A stretch of 64,000 bases of DNA from Phyllobates terribilis (taxonomy: Eukaryota). Both the position numbers and the translations under genes were made by a program. The notes under the pieces are model-generated. The model made no database searches. It worked only from the letters and a program-made list of their open reading frames with translations, and was not told the origin of the DNA. Shown in pieces: positions 1 through 13,599 of the stretch. The DNA lies in contig NW_027362771.1 of NCBI RefSeq assembly GCF_046119375.1, positions 416,392,001-416,456,000 on the forward strand, written 5' to 3'. Numbering within the stretch: the first letter of the stretch is position 1; each line of letters opens with the position of its first letter.

Positions 1-1369
1 TTTTTCCTCCTCCTCTTCCAAGAGCCATAGCTTTTTTATTTTTCATCAACAAAGATATATGAAGGCTTGTTTTTTTGCAATTGAAGCTTTGAATGACACC
101 ATTCATTTTAAAATTCAATGTGCTGGAGATCAAGAAAAGAATTCAAAGTGCGCTGAAATTGTGCAAAAAACACAATTCCACTATTGTTTTTATGGCATGC
201 ATAGTCGGGAAGAGCTCCACCTGTGGCTGTTAGAGACAGATGAGAGTTGAATAACACAGCCATCATCTGCCATCATCTGCTGTCAATATAGCAGGCTCAA
301 TTTTTGAGATCGCTTCAAAGAGAGGGACCCGATATATGAGGGTTCAAACTAGGGACCCCAGCACTCCAGAGAAGATGTTGGACATATGGTGGTTTTCTCA
401 AGTCTAGCTTATGAAAAATGCAAATAGCCTCTTCAGAGGGAATCTAAGTGGAAATGTTTCTCCTTGTGGAGAGTACAAAGCCTGTGTAAGGAGACTTATC
501 TGGGAATTTAACTAGGCAAATAGCCTCTTTAGTGAGGAAGAGAACCAGAACTCTAGCGCCACCTATTACATGTAGCAATCCTAAAAGTCAATATCAACCC
601 TTTAACAAGCCTTACCATGTGACTTAGGATAAAAAGCCAAATCAGAAACTCCATATGCAGACATGTGACTTTGGATAAGAATGGAAGTGGAAGCAAATGC
701 AGTTGTTGTGGGGTTGTGTGACTTAGACCCGTTGGGTTTTGCCTGGCAGCATGGGTGCTGTGGGGCACCTGGGTCGCTCCCCTGCTGCCACGGGGTCACA
801 GTGGTTCCACTGAGCGGTTTGCCGTGATGGTGTTGTGGCAGTGGGCCTAAAAATTCTGAGCAACATGTTAATTAAGTACCTCATGATCAGTTTTGTAAAT
901 TTTGGCTTAGTCGAAATAAATCATTGTATAATATTAGGGTGTTTTTTCCATGTCTCTTTCTAACCATCTTACCAATATTTACTGGAAAAAATATTTAATG
1001 GAAATAAATCACAATGAGGATGGTAAAGGTATGTGCACATGACGTCTTTTGGTAATCAGCATACCTGCCGAGTTTGCCAAAGGAAAAGGCTTCAGGAAAA
1101 TGCCAATGGTATTTTTCCTGAAGCATCATTCTTGCTGTCCTTTGAGTGGAACTGTTCGTTGCGGTTTGCTGTTGTTTTTTTCCTGCATTACAATATTTTA
1201 CATCTTTCATATAATATTATTATACGATACTGAGCAGCTTCCAAGCAGAAACTGCCTGAAGAATAGGTCAGATCACTTTTGAAGCCTCATGGTGTTAGTT
1301 AAAACGAGCTCAAAAAGACTGAACACATACACAGCAAGTTGTTTTTACATTGCAGGGCATGTGTGCTTT

Positions 1370-2561
1370 TGACGCGCCCCCTGGGCCAGTGTTGTTGGGG
1401 ATACCCGGAGCCGGATCAGATGGGGGTTGTAGTCTCCGAGTGGCGGTGACCCGGTCCGTGCCCAGGGTGTCAAACTCAGTGTGTGGCAGTCCTACAGATG
1501 TTATTAGAGTTCTTTGTGTCGACTACGCCACCCGTTGATTCGCGGTCAAAAGGCCGCCGCTGCAGCAGGGTCCGCTGAGGCTGTTGGTATGTGTGCAGCT
1601 TTGGTAGTATAACCCCCAACGGGAGGGGTATAGCCTCAGGGGGTCAGCCGTGGAGGATGGTGGTTGTGAAGGTGCAGCAAAGAGACTCAGAGGCATAAAA
1701 TGCAGTTCCAGGGTTTTACTTACTGGTGTTGCTCGGGTCACTGTTTACAGCAGTGACCACCCGAGCTGTGCTGCGTCCACCAGGTCCTGGACTCGGTCAA
1801 CTCCCAGGCAACTCCGGAGTGTGGTCCTGAGCTCCTTTCTGACTCTCCCTTCTTCTGGCCGTTCCCACCAGGGATCCACCTAAGTCCGGCTCCCTTGGGC
1901 CTCTTGTTGGTCAAGCCTCCTCTGGGCTCCCTGACCCTATTCTTGGTCTGCCTTCCGGGTGGATTTAGTGGGTGGTCGTGGCAGATCCTGCCCACGACCT
2001 CTGGTCTCTGGCTGAGGATTAGTGCTGTGGCCTCCACCAGCTTGGGATCCGGTACCCTGTTGCCGACCCTTCACTCTTTTGTCCTTATTTTGGGATCTTG
2101 GGGTCCCCTCTGCGCCTCTGGGTCTCTCTTCCTTCTCCTCTGCTCTGCTTCTCAGGCTCTCAGACAGACTGTCTGACTGACTGACTGTGGCTGACTGACT
2201 GACGTCTCACAGACTGACCCTGATCTAAGATGGTTCCCACCTTATATACTCCCTCTATGTGTGAGCTCAGGTGACCAGCACCCAATGAGCTCCTAGCTTT
2301 ACCCAGGCTGCTCCCCCTATCTGCCCCTACACTACTGGGATGTTCCACCCCCCTCCCACTCCAGCCAGGAACAGACACTGTCGTACCTGCACATTTCTCT
2401 AGTGGGAGTACCATCGGTCTGTTCCTCGGAAATGGGATGTGTGTAGTGCATGCAGCTAACTGAGCTCAGTTCCACATTCCATCCTTACCCGGGAGTGGAA
2501 TATCACACCTCTGGGTTGAGGTGCAATACCCCTGTAGCAGCCGAATCCTCAGGGTGCTACA
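1370..2561 (-). mobile_element. Solo LTR related to the LTRs of the cold-shock-domain element at 51496-56214
   Basis: TG...CA termini (tgacgcgcccc...ggtgctaca). Shares gtggcggtgacccggtcc and cacacctctgggt...gca blocks with 54966-56214. Flanks cttt/tttt are only an imperfect TSD. Confidence 0.75.
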
Positions 2562-2679
2562 TTTTCTTTTTAGCATTGTTATTAATCACTTTTTCAGGCA
2601 GGTATTGTAGGAGCCGTGCCTGAAATAGACATTCTGTACATATGATGTAACAGAAAACAGAAGTAAAGTTTTTCCTTAA

Positions 2680-2994
2680 AGGGGGTGTCCCTTTTCAATT
2701 TATTTTGGCCTATAGGTCTGCACAGGTATAAAATAACAAGTGATGTACTCAATATCCTCTTCCCTGCTGCTTTGGTCCTTGTTTATTGGATGCAGCACTG
2801 ACGTTATATCTACAGTGTACATCACCCCTGCAGCTAATCACTGACCTCAATAGTATACTGCTCAAGCCGCTGAGCTCAGTGATCTGTTGCAGTGGTGATG
2901 TGCACTAGAGACGTGACATAAGCACTACAGCCAATAAACAAAGACACCTGTGAACACCTATAGGTTAAATAAAATTGAAAAGGGACAACCCCCT
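2680..2994. mobile_element. T2/Kolobok-like MITE
   Basis: ttaa|agggggtgtccctttt ... aaaagggacaacccct terminal inverted repeats; internally palindromic. Confidence 0.65.
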
Positions 2995-3412
2995 TATGGA
3001 GACTGCTGAGCTGGGGTTGGGGGACTTATAGGACATGGGACGCACATATCAGCTTCACTGAGGAAGTTATCTATCAGCTGTTCAAACTTTTCTGTTTAGA
3101 ACCCCCCGTCAAAGTCCTCTCACCCAGCCAACCAATTCTCTTACTTTGCACTGATGAGGAGCTGTAGGTAAATGGAGATTCTGTTTTGGTAATTGTAAGT
3201 TTCTTTGAGGATTGCTATTCCCTGTAGATGGACCTAGAGACACTGCTCTCTTCCTCTATGAAGCAGCTTCTCGCAAAGAAAAACATAAACACCTTCATTT
3301 TGAAGTTTCAGGGCAATCTGTTTTTTTTTATATTTCTTTAATATAGTATGTGACGTGCTTCGCAGGAAGAATAATAATGAAATCCACACCACTGATGGTG
3401 TTGCTCTACTAC

Positions 3413-3546
3413 CTGTAGTGTGAATGGATACAGATTTGCTGCTCTCGCTTGGGCCACCCACATTCACAGCTCTGACGCTAATGCGATAAGTCTCATTAGG
3501 CTTCAGCTGGATGAGACATTCACAGATGGGAATCCCAACAATAGAC
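3413..3546 (-). CDS. fsd2: FSD2 coding exon 9 (FN3-2, C-terminal half)
   Basis: acag|[45 protein letters not shown]|gtagta; 134 nt. The downstream SPRY exons were not found in the window. Confidence 0.93.
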
Positions 3547-4954
3547 CTGTGAAAGAAATTGCGAATTATGTGTGTCACACTTTCAATTAGCAAGAAAATA
3601 AGTATTTCTACAGAATATTAAGCTGCAAACCTGTTCTGGATTCTTAACGCATAAGAAGGAAAAGTGCATCATTTTGCATGTTTTTATCTTTTTTTTTCTC
3701 GTTGTTTAATTCTCTTACGTAAATTAAATAATACGTCCCAACCAGACAACACCTATCCATTTGCTCTTTCAGACCCGGTACATGTTGTCTAATTTTTCAC
3801 ACGTACCAGAGACACTTACACATATAGACCCATTATAATCTATGGGGCTGAGCACATGTGACCCACACGTAGACATGTCCGTTTTTACAGTAGATAGATA
3901 GAGAATAGACAGGTAGATGTCCATGAGATATATTAGTGCCTTGCGTAAGTAGCTTACTGTGCATGTATTAACCTAATAAATAAATGGAAAAAAAAATACC
4001 AACCCACAGCTGGCCCAGAACTGGAACATCACATGAGATACACCAATTCTGGCGCTTCGCTTTGGCTCTTGGTGCATTGGCAATGGAAGTAATGCGGCTT
4101 GGGGTTGATGTCAGCTGTGAATTGTGAGTACTAATGGACGGTGGCCACTGCCAACACCAATAACAGCTGATCAGCAGGGGTATCGGGTGTCAGACCCCAG
4201 CCGATCAGACATTGATGACCTATCCGAAGGATAGGTCATTAATGAAAAAGTAGTGGACAATCCCTTTAACTATGGCAAAATGACAAATTGTACAACTTAG
4301 CTACAAACACCATTATTTTTATCATCATTTAATTTTTTGGAGGAGCATGGGGTCAGATAAATAGCCAATTTGCTGATATCAAGTTTGCTTTAAAGAATAA
4401 TCCTATAAAACCCTGATCATCTTAACAAAGTTTTCAAATATCAATAGTATAAGCAAACATAAAGGCACTTTCTACAATATCTTACTTAAGAAAAATGTCT
4501 TTCCATCCCCCATCTTCCTGATCTCATTATTCACTCATAAAAGGAGAGAAAAAGTGAAAGAGAGGCACAAAGACCTTGCTGCTGCTTTCTGTTAAGTTTT
4601 TATCGAAGCCCAGAGCTGGATTTACAGCTACACTGCGCAATACTGCTGTATAATATCCTCCATGCTGCTCCTGTTCCTGAGGCTGCGCTACAGAGAGCTC
4701 CAGTAGCTCAGGGCAAACTTATAATCAGAGAAGAAACACGCAAAGGTTAAAACTGGTGAAAAAATAATAGTCATATCATATAATGGCCAGAAATAATGCT
4801 ACACATGTACACTCACAATAGCATATAGAAATGACATTTTAAAGCTTTCTAGAGACTTTGGGGATGTTTCAGGACCCTCTGGACATTCCTACGTAATAAA
4901 AGACTATTCACTAGCAGTTTATAATAGACACTCGGGTGCAGAGAGTGTACTTAC

Positions 4955-5108
4955 TCATTCACCGAATTATCCTGTGTCTCTGTTGCCACTTTGAATATTT
5001 CCACTGTATATGATTCAACTGGGTTAATGTTCCCGGATTCCCAGCAGATTAAAGCTGCGTTCTGACAACTCAGACATTCCCTGGTTTTAATGATAGGTGG
5101 GGCTGGTG
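4955..5108 (-). CDS. fsd2: FSD2 coding exon 8 (FN3-2, N-terminal half); absent from the supplied ORF track
   Basis: tgtag|[52 protein letters not shown]|gtaagt; 154 nt; phase 1-2. Confidence 0.93.
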
Positions 5109-5793
5109 CTACAAACATAAAGTACATCATTGTGACTGCTGAAATGCATCCTCGCTAATGATTTGATAAACTTTGCTATTTTTTATTGTTACTTAGAAAA
5201 CAAATTCCATCCACAAACATTTGGCCCCTGACTAGATAGATGAAAAATGTTGCATCAATGAAGTGGGTAGTCCAGCACCTTTAACGTCCCCATCACTACT
5301 CAACACTAGTATCAGGGTTCCAGGATTCTCATGGGCTCAAACCACATGGAGTTTTAAAGAACTGGAAACTGGGCCTGTGTGGCGATGCACTGTTCACACC
5401 CAGTAGTAGTTAATAAACCACAAACACAGGGCTCAGTATCGCCATTATTCCCATAGGGTTTATATATTACTAGATGTTATTGTAGATGGTTGGGGAGTAC
5501 AAGGTTCTCTGTGTTCGATCACAGCTATTAAATCTGTGTGGAAATCCCCTTTTAACATAAAATGGAGAACACATAATAGAAAGAGCATTGTTGATGTATA
5601 ATTTATAATACTAAGAGCAAGAAAACTGTGTTAGAATAATACAGACATTTCCCGAGTACAATATTCATGGTGTATTCTCTATGGAAACAGATCTAGCCCA
5701 ACTCTGATTTATTTGTAGCATTGAACAGTTCGGTGCTCTATTCTATTACCATCCAGTTATATGTACCCAGAATTGATGGGGGCTTAGAATTAC

Positions 5794-5928
5794 CTGTCAC
5801 GTACACGGCACTTTCACTTGCCGGGCTCTCCCCACTGGCATTTATTCCAATAACCCAGAATTCATACTGGGTGTTTGGCAGCAGGTTGGACACTGTGCAG
5901 TAGGTTTCTTTGGCTCTTATCATAAATT
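5794..5928 (-). CDS. fsd2: FSD2 coding exon 7 (FN3-1, C-terminal half)
   Basis: [45 protein letters not shown]; 135 nt; phase 1-1. Confidence 0.95.
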
Positions 5929-6089
5929 CTGTGAAACAATATTGCAGTACAATCATCATTATAGTATTGGTACTCTCATATGGATTAAAGGCACCTTTTG
6001 GACCCCCTTAGGATCCACAGTCTGGGTACTAATTGAACCCAATATGGTTCAATGGTCTTTTATATCAATTAGCACAATGCAAAGTGACT

Positions 6090-6557
6090 GAACAAAGGGG
6101 AAATCTGCATCAAATCAAAATTCGTGTGACCATCTTTTGCCTTCAACACCACATCAATTCAATGACTTGTCACATGAAACGGTCTTCTAAAACTTCACCT
6201 TTATAGCACAGTTTGGCTGTTTATCAGCAGTTTTAAGCCTCCAACACAGCTGTTTCTGTTTTAGTTCATCAAAGTTTCCTACATATGAAAATGATGATCG
6301 TTATCACCTGTTAGATATCATGAGTTACTCATACACCTGAATAGAATTCTACCAAATCTCTGACTGTGCAAGCGTATTTAGAAAAATTGATGCTGTTTTG
6401 AAGTCAAAGGGTGGTCACACCAAATATAGTTTGATTTACATTTCTCTTTTGTTCACTCATTTTGTAAATTGATAAGCTATTGATACTTCTACTTTTTAAA
6501 GAATTCGTACTTTGCAGCATTTTTTCCACATCTGCCTAAAACTTTTGCACAGTGCTG
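6090..6557. mobile_element. Tc1/mariner remnant (one TIR plus transposase 3' end)
   Basis: ...aagggtggtcacaccaaata...aaaacttttgcacagtgctg|ta. Left boundary approximate. Confidence 0.55.
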
Positions 6558-6615
6558 TATATACAGCATATTTTATTACACCTCTGAATACATTTTTTAT
6601 AGTATGTTACTGTAC

Positions 6616-6771
6616 CTTCGCGATTCTCTCCTGGAGTAACATCGGACACTGGTTTATAGTAGAGGTGGTAATGCTCCACTGTGTCATCTGAAAACAGGCT
6701 CCAGCACACACGGAGGGATGTCGCTGTGGCAGAATTGGGTGTCTGTGGGTTGATTACAGGAGCGGAGGGAA
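6616..6771 (-). CDS. fsd2: FSD2 coding exon 6 (FN3-1, N-terminal half)
   Basis: [42 protein letters not shown]; AG/GT bounded; 156 nt. Confidence 0.95.
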
Positions 6772-7224
6772 CTGTAATATGCAAGATTATTGCTTAGTTA
6801 GACAATCATTGTACAGCTATTGACCTTCACCTTGTACAGAAAAAAACTAAAACTACTGTATGATCCTAAATGTCTACAATGCTCCTAGTAACAAAGCATA
6901 TACATAATTATGTGACCAGTGCTCATAATAATGAGGCAAGGAAATCATTTATTATTATATAGTATTTCTTATGCATCATTAAATCCATTCCAGGTCACAT
7001 TATTAGAAAAGCAATATATACGCGGAAATAATAGCCATCCATTCAGGTATGTACACGAAATGTTGAACCATGCCTCACAGCGTAAAAAGCTTTTGTACAT
7101 AGTGAGATTGTGCAAATTTAGCAGAAATAGTAGGGTGAAGTCTACAACATACAGAATTCAATCTGTGATATAACTACAAAATGTCATTGTTTTTCTAATT
7201 CATTCTACTTGCATTAAACAGTGT

Positions 7225-7500
7225 GTTGGCACCCTTGAAATTGTTCCAGAAAATTATTGCAATTACAAATGTTTTGTTATACACATGTTTATTTCCTTTG
7301 TGTGTATTGGAACAACACTGAGAAAAAAGGAAAATTGGACATAATTTCACACAAAACCCCAAAAATGGACCAGACAAAATTGTTGACACCCTCAACTTAA
7401 TATTCTGTTGTACACCCTTTGGAATAAATAACTCAGATCAATTGCTTCCTATCACCATCAACAAGCTTCTTAAACCTCTCAACTGGAATTTTGGAGCACT
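7225..7500. mobile_element. Tc1 TIR fragment of the family at 47651-50730
   Basis: gtgttggcacccttgaaattgttccagaaaattattgcaattac closely matches 47667 onward. Confidence 0.6.
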
Positions 7501-8320
7501 CTTAGTTTGTACATACAGTAGATATAGGTTCTTTTTAGACTCATATTTGGTGAAGCCGGACTTGTGTGTTAACGAAGAGTATAAACTTTATAATTTACAC
7601 TTTTGAGATTATTCCCTGTATAACAAAACAATATGCTTGCAAGGCTGCAGAGAATTCATATGCCCTGGAATTGACCTGAAAATCTGTCAACAGTATCCAT
7701 TGTGCTTATGGCAAGACTCGTTAAAGAGTAGATATTGACTTTTAGGATAGTTACATCCAATAAGTGGCGCTCGAGTTTAAGTCCTCTTCCTCTAGGAAGA
7801 AGCTATTTGCATATATGGATGAGCAGTCACAGATATTTGACTCGTACTCCCTACTCTATGGCTAGATCACTGATCATCTCCCTCAGCAAAATGGAAGAGG
7901 CAAATCTGCAAATTGGGCACCAACAATGTGAAGCTAACCACAACAGTTTCCACAACACTGTTTTCCTAGCCAGTCACCCAAATTTATTTGGACACTGTTC
8001 CAAATAGTCCCCAAAATGTTGCTGCTATATGGATGGAGTAGAAGAGTATGTAAATTAAGACTGCCGAAAGCCGAGATCTTTCACTTAGGTTGGCCAAGCT
8101 ATACATTGTTCATGTCATGAGCAGGCAACATGCCCTGCATCTTTGTTCTCAAGAAAGATACATTGTTATCAGAGGTTTCTGACAGTGGCCTACTCTCCTC
8201 ACAGGTTAAAACACATGCGCATTCAGCTGAATAGTGCATGCAGGTGTATAGAAAGTTAGTTAGTTATAGCTGTTGGCTAAAGAAGCATTCAGCCGACAGC
8301 TATTGAAAGTGTGTGGCCAC

Positions 8321-9848
8321 CAGGGCTGTGGAGTCAGAGTCGGTGTCCATTTTGGTGGAGTCGGAGTTGGAGTCAGTATAAAATGGACCGAATCCTAAAA
8401 TACACTGCTCAAAAAAATAAAGGGAACACTTAAACAACAGAATATTACTCCAAGTAAATCAAACTTCTGTGAAATCAAACTGTCCACTTAGGAAGCAACA
8501 CTGATTGACAATCAATTTCACATGCTGTTGTGCAAATGGAATAGACAATAGATGGAAATTATTGGATATTATCAAGACACCCTCAATAAAGGAGTGGTTC
8601 TGCAGGTGGGGACCACAGACCACATCTCAGTACCAATGCTTTCTGGCTGATGTTTTAGTCTGAATGTTGGTTGTGCTTTCACACTTGTGGTAGCATGAGA
8701 CGGACTCTACAACCCGCAGAAATTGCTCAGGTAGTGCAGCTCATCCAGGATGGCACATCAATGCGAGCTGTGGCAAGAAGGTTTGCTGTGTCTGTCAGCG
8801 TAGTGTCCAGAGGCTGGAGGCGCTACCAGGAGACAGGCCAGTACACCAGGAGATGTGGAGGGGGCCGTAGGAGGGCAACAACCCAGCAGTAGGACCGCTA
8901 CCTCCGCCTTTGTGCAAGGAGGAACAGGAGGAGCACTGCCAGAGCCCTGCAAAATGACCTCCAGCAGGCCACAAATGTGCATGTGTCTGCACAAACTGGT
9001 AGAAACCGACTCCATGAGGGTGGTATGAGGGCCCGACGTCCACAGATGGGGGGTTGTGCTCACAGCCCAACACCGTGCAGGACGCTTGGCATTTGCCACA
9101 GAACACCAGGATTGGCAAAGTCGCCACTGGCACCCTGTGCTCTTCACAGATGAAAGCAGGTTCACACTGAGCACATGTGACAGAAGTGACAGAGTCTGGA
9201 GACGCCGTGGAGAGCGATCTGCTGCCTGCAACATCCTTCAGCATGACCGGTTTGGCAGTGGGTCAGTAATGGTGTGGGGTGGCATTTCTTTGGAGGGCCG
9301 CACAGCCCTCCATGTGCTCGCCAGAGGTAGCCTGACTGCCATTAGGTACCGAGATGAGATCCTCAGACCCCTTGTGAGACTATATGCTGGTGTGGTTGGT
9401 CCTGGGTTCCTCCTAATGCAGGACAATGGCAGACCTTATGTGGCTGGAGTGTGTCAGCAGTTCCTGCAAGATGAAGGCATTGAAGCTATGGACTGGCCCG
9501 CCCGTTCCCCAGACCTGAATCCGATTGAGCATTCAGATCTAGGATGTGCTATTTAAGTGTTCCCTTTATTTTTTTGAGCAGTGTATATATTACATTGGGT
9601 ACAATAGTACAATGCAGAATGTGCTGTAAATGTTTTCATAAGAATTTGGGAAAGTTATGAAATGTCCTATAAATGTCTGTTCTGTTCCTGATCTAAGGGT
9701 CTAGACTTTTAGTGGAGATGAATCTGTGCTGCACTTTATGTACACGCTCAATAGTGAGGCAGTGCTGTGGAGTCAGAGTTGGAGTTGGAAGTCAGGGAAA
9801 TTGAGGAGTCGGAGTCGGTGGTTTGTCTTATCGACTCCACAAGCCCTG
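8321..9848. mobile_element. Non-autonomous hAT element hosting a Tc1 insertion
   Basis: TIR cagggctgtggagtc / gactccacaagccctg; perfect 8-bp TSD GTGGCCAC (8313-8320, 9849-9856). Confidence 0.85.
8403..9583 (+). mobile_element. Tc1/mariner element with degenerate DD34E transposase
   Basis: TA TSD; TIR cactgctcaaaaaaataaagggaacactt. Transposase starts at 8695 ([20 protein letters not shown]), has a stop at 8890 and a frameshift near 9050, includes VLFTDESRF...WPARSPDLNPIEH, then loses its C-terminus. Confidence 0.92.
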
Positions 9849-9946
9849 GTGGCCACCTTAACTTCTTAAAATGAAGACTCAAATTTCAACAAAGGATAAA
9901 CAAAGTGCATATAATAAAATATATGTGTATAGAGTACCATATAGAT

Positions 9947-10121
9947 CAGTGTTTCCCAAACCCAGTCCTCATGGCCCCCAACACATCATGTTTTCAGGAT
10001 TTCCCTAGTACTGTACAGGGGAGAGAACCTGTGTCAATAACTTCATCACCTGTGCAATAGTAAGGAAATCCTGAAAACATGACGTGTTGGGGCCGTGAGG
10101 ACTGGAGTTTGGGAAACGCTA
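9947..10121. mobile_element. Palindromic hAT MITE
   Basis: TIR cagtgtttcccaaac / gtttgggaaacgcta; 8-bp TSD ATATAGAT on both sides. Confidence 0.85.
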
Positions 10122-10314
10122 ATATAGATGAGCATATTTATTATTAATGACAATGGTCAATTTACCGTCCACACAGCTTTCTTCTTGTGTATGTTAGTCT
10201 CTCTCTAGATGTGAATTATCACTGAAAATACTATGCATCATTGTACTGTAGTAAGATAAAGATTAAAGTATGCAAAGAGGACCGAAACATGCCTTACACT
10301 GGAAAAACAATTAC

Positions 10315-10436
10315 CTGCGAGAGAATTGATGGAATCCAAAAGCTGATCCACATCTGAGTAGTCCAAAGTAATGTTTTTAAAATCGGCATTTGTTGAAATA
10401 TTTAAGTTGATATCAGTATTGAAGTATTGGTGTAGC
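10315..10436 (-). CDS. fsd2: FSD2 coding exon 5 (COS-box region)
   Basis: tttcag|G LHQYFNTDINLNISTNADFKNITLDYSDVDQLLDSINSLA G|gtaatt; 122 nt; phase 2-1. Confidence 0.9.
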
Positions 10437-10462
10437 CTGAAAAAAAAAACACGTAACTTTAA

Positions 10463-10854
10463 AGGTAATCTGTCAGCAAGTTTTGGTTACCTCATCTGTA
10501 GGCAAAGAGAAGCTGAATCCAACGATGCATCACTTAGATTACTGGGTGCAGCCCTTCTGACACAATAAGAGCTTTTAGATTTAGAATGAAGCAGAGCTGA
10601 AGAAGCTAACTCCGCCCACACCACAGCTAACTCTGCCCACCCACAGCTAACCCCACCCACATCAGGATTGCGGTGTACAAAGTCCATAGACAGTTAGCTA
10701 GTCCGGCAATGTTAATCTCTTAGTGATAAATCCTTCACAGTTAGTAAACAGCAGCACGCACTTTGACAAGTGACACATCCCTGAATTCTGAGTTTCAGCC
10801 TCTATCTCCTGCTGTCTTCAGATTGCATAGCAAAAACCTGCTGACAGATTCCCT
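10463..10854. mobile_element. T2/Kolobok-like MITE, about 25 bp upstream of the exon 5 acceptor
   Basis: TTAA TSD; TIR aggtaatctgtcagca / tgctgacagattccct. Confidence 0.8.
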
Positions 10855-11111
10855 TTAATGAAACAGAATTGTACGGCATACAGATTTTGAGACCATTTAA
10901 GGAAGATCAATCACCAAACTTCACAATACAAATTGCACACATTATTACACATAAACTGCTAAAGATGGACTCATAAATTGCTAATTGTACCATTATGATT
11001 TCACAGCCATAGATTTTGAAAGTAAGTACATCAGTCTTACCAAGTCGAATATATTTATGTTATAACGTATGCAGTGTTCATTTTGTATTCTAGTGACTTT
11101 TGATTTTTTAA

Positions 11112-11287
11112 AGGATTCTGTCACTGGTTTTTTTCTAGGCCATCTGAGAGCAGCAGCTTTACTATTTCTTTAGAGATAATCTCCTAGCAAACAGCCCAGT
11201 AGGTGGTACATCGCTGGAATCAGGGTCTCTGTCCCTACAACATGCTGTTTTCAGATTAAGTAGCACAAACCTGATGACAGATTCCCT
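11112..11287. mobile_element. Internally deleted T2/Kolobok-like MITE
   Basis: ttaa|aggattctgtca ... tgacagattccct. Confidence 0.65.
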
Positions 11288-12006
11288 TTCAGCAATAGTA
11301 ATAGCTCTTCCAAAGCTTTCAAAAGTTGTTAGAAGTCTGAAAATGTATTGATTATTCAGGTCACCCAAGTATTGCTAGAAGCTATTTACAGTAACTATAA
11401 CTGGTTTGTGATCTGCAGAATTATAGACTCTCAAAAGTCTCACTTTTATTTTTTTTTCCTCTGTTTTTATCACATCAACAACTTCACGCTATCCTTATAT
11501 TAAATAAAGAGATTTGGGACTAAGATGTATCCATAAGGATAAAGTAACACTTGTATAGGGAATCAGTCCAATAACACTATTTACCTGTAGATATAGGGTT
11601 AATCTGCATGTTAACAGCGTTATGAAGGTTTTTGGCTGCAGTACTGAAAGTGCGACATGCTGAAGAAAAGGGGGATTGTCATATGGGCGAGAAGTAAAGT
11701 GCATAAGCATACACTGAGATGAAGAAAAGAGGAGGAAGATAGGAAATACTATTAGGGTTAACCATTAATAATCATATTATACAGACATATAATCCACAAA
11801 CTGCTCATTAGTATTTGTTACATCAAATATCAACATGCTCGCACTCCAATTTATGAGTGAACACATTGTTTTCCATTACAGTACATGACAGCCTATAATA
11901 TACTCTCATTGTACAGCATGATCCTTGGTGATCAAATAAATGACCCTTTATAATCACTGTCCTACTGGAAAGATTTCTATACTACAGAAATCATAATTGT
12001 TTTTAC

Positions 12007-12029
12007 CTGTTGGTTGTGTCAAGTGCAGC
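12007..12029 (-). CDS. fsd2: FSD2 coding exon 4, 23-nt micro-exon
   Basis: Polypyrimidine tract plus tgcag|GCT GCA CTT GAC ACA ACC AAC AG|gtaaaa (AALDTTNR, compare recalled human DAVAMADR). Links phase 0 to phase 2, as the flanking exons require. Confidence 0.85.
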
Positions 12030-12809
12030 CTGCAAAAGAGAATAAGAAAAACATATAAATCTAAAGGGTTTACTTGGCCTAAATTTGCAGAAAGTTAACA
12101 AACAAAATGATTAAGTAAAACGATCTTTATATGTGCAAATATTATGCAAATAATACAAAATGTAGTAAGTTACATAATTGCTAATGCAGTGGTGTAGCAT
12201 TGGTTCAGGGGCGGACCTACTGCCCGTGCAGCCCGTTCATTGAACGGGGGCCCCGAGGGAGAGGGGGCCCCTCCAGCCTCCAGCAGGGCCGCCATCATGG
12301 TATGACTGTCCTGACTCCAGTATGGGGCCCGGCCGGTCGGGGCCCCCTCGGAGCCCCGTTGGGGCCCCCCTCTTGTGCGTCCCCTCATGGGGCCCCCGCA
12401 GGGCCAGCGTCAGCACCCGGTGTGCCCAGGCAAATGCCGGGGCCCTGAGCAGGCGGGGGGGGCCCTCACCGTCGGGCACCCCGTGCACTATGGGACCCGT
12501 GAGCGGAGCAGAGCGGTGTCAGCGCCCGCTCCCCCCCCCCCCGCTTTCTCAGGGCCCGGCACCCGGCACAATACTTACCCCTCCCTGTGCCTCCGCAGCA
12601 GCTCCTGCATCCTCCGCGGCTGCTGCACTGTGACGTCTCAGGTCAGAGGGCGTGGTGACGTCTTTACACTGCACTCTCTCCTGAGCCGTCACAGAGCAGA
12701 GCGGGATGAGGCCGGCGACGCTGAGGAGTCCGGAGCAGCGGCAGCAGGTGAGACGTGAGGTGAGTATTTGATTTTTTTTTTATTGTATGGAGGCCTGTGG
12801 CAGTATAAG

Positions 12810-13510
12810 GGAGGGGGGGGGGTGTGACATCCTGCATGGGGCATTAGAAGGGAGGGGCGGTGTGACATCCTGCATAGGGAATTATAAGGGAGGGGGGGGG
12901 TGTGACATCCTGCATGGGGCATTATAAGGGAGGGGATGTGTGACATCCTGCATGGGGCATTACAGGAGGGGTGACATCCTGCATGGGGCATTATAAAAGG
13001 GGGGGTGACATTGTGCATGGGCATTATAAGGGGGGGTGACATCCTGCATGGGGCATTATAAGGGGGGGGTGTGACATCCTGCATGGGGCATTATAGGGGG
13101 GGGTGACATCCTGCATGGGGCATTATATGAGGAGTGACATCCTGCATGGGGCATTATAAGGGAGGGGGTGTGTGTGACATCCTGCATGGGCATTATAAGG
13201 GGGGGTGACATCCTACATGGGGCATCATAAGGGGGGGGGTGACATCTTGCATGGGGCATTATAAGGGAGGGAGGGTGACATCCTGCATGGGGCATTATAA
13301 GGGAGGGTGTGTGTGTGACATCCTGCATGGGGCATTATAAGGGAGGTGGGTGTGACATCCTGCATGGGGCATTATAAGGGAGGGGGGGTGTGACATCCTG
13401 CATGGGGCATTATAAGGGAGAGGGGTGTGTGTGACATCCTGCATGGGGCATTATAAGGAAGGGGGTGTGTGTGTCATCCTGCATGGGACATTATAAGGGG
13501 GGGTGACATC
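12810..13510. repeat. ~35-bp G-rich minisatellite
   Basis: Unit gtgacatcctgcatggggcattataaggg(a)ggggg with variable G-run, roughly 19 copies. Confidence 0.9.
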
Positions 13511-13599
13511 CTATATGGGAGGGAACAGCCTGCATGGGGCATTATGTGGAGAGAACAGCCTGCGTGGTGCATTATGTGGGGGGAACAGCCTGCATGGAG

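Noticed and set aside
1065-1182. Phase-compatible (1 to 2) AG/GT-bounded open segment that could be the next fsd2 exon
   Set aside because: The peptide GKKQQQTATNSS... has no similarity to the expected SPRY start (GSYFRLN...HPWL), and the acceptor lacks a polypyrimidine tract
3234-3412. ORF extension past exon 9 with a hydrophobic stretch ([10 protein letters not shown])
   Set aside because: Read-through into the intron beyond a good GT donor; nothing supports a membrane isoform
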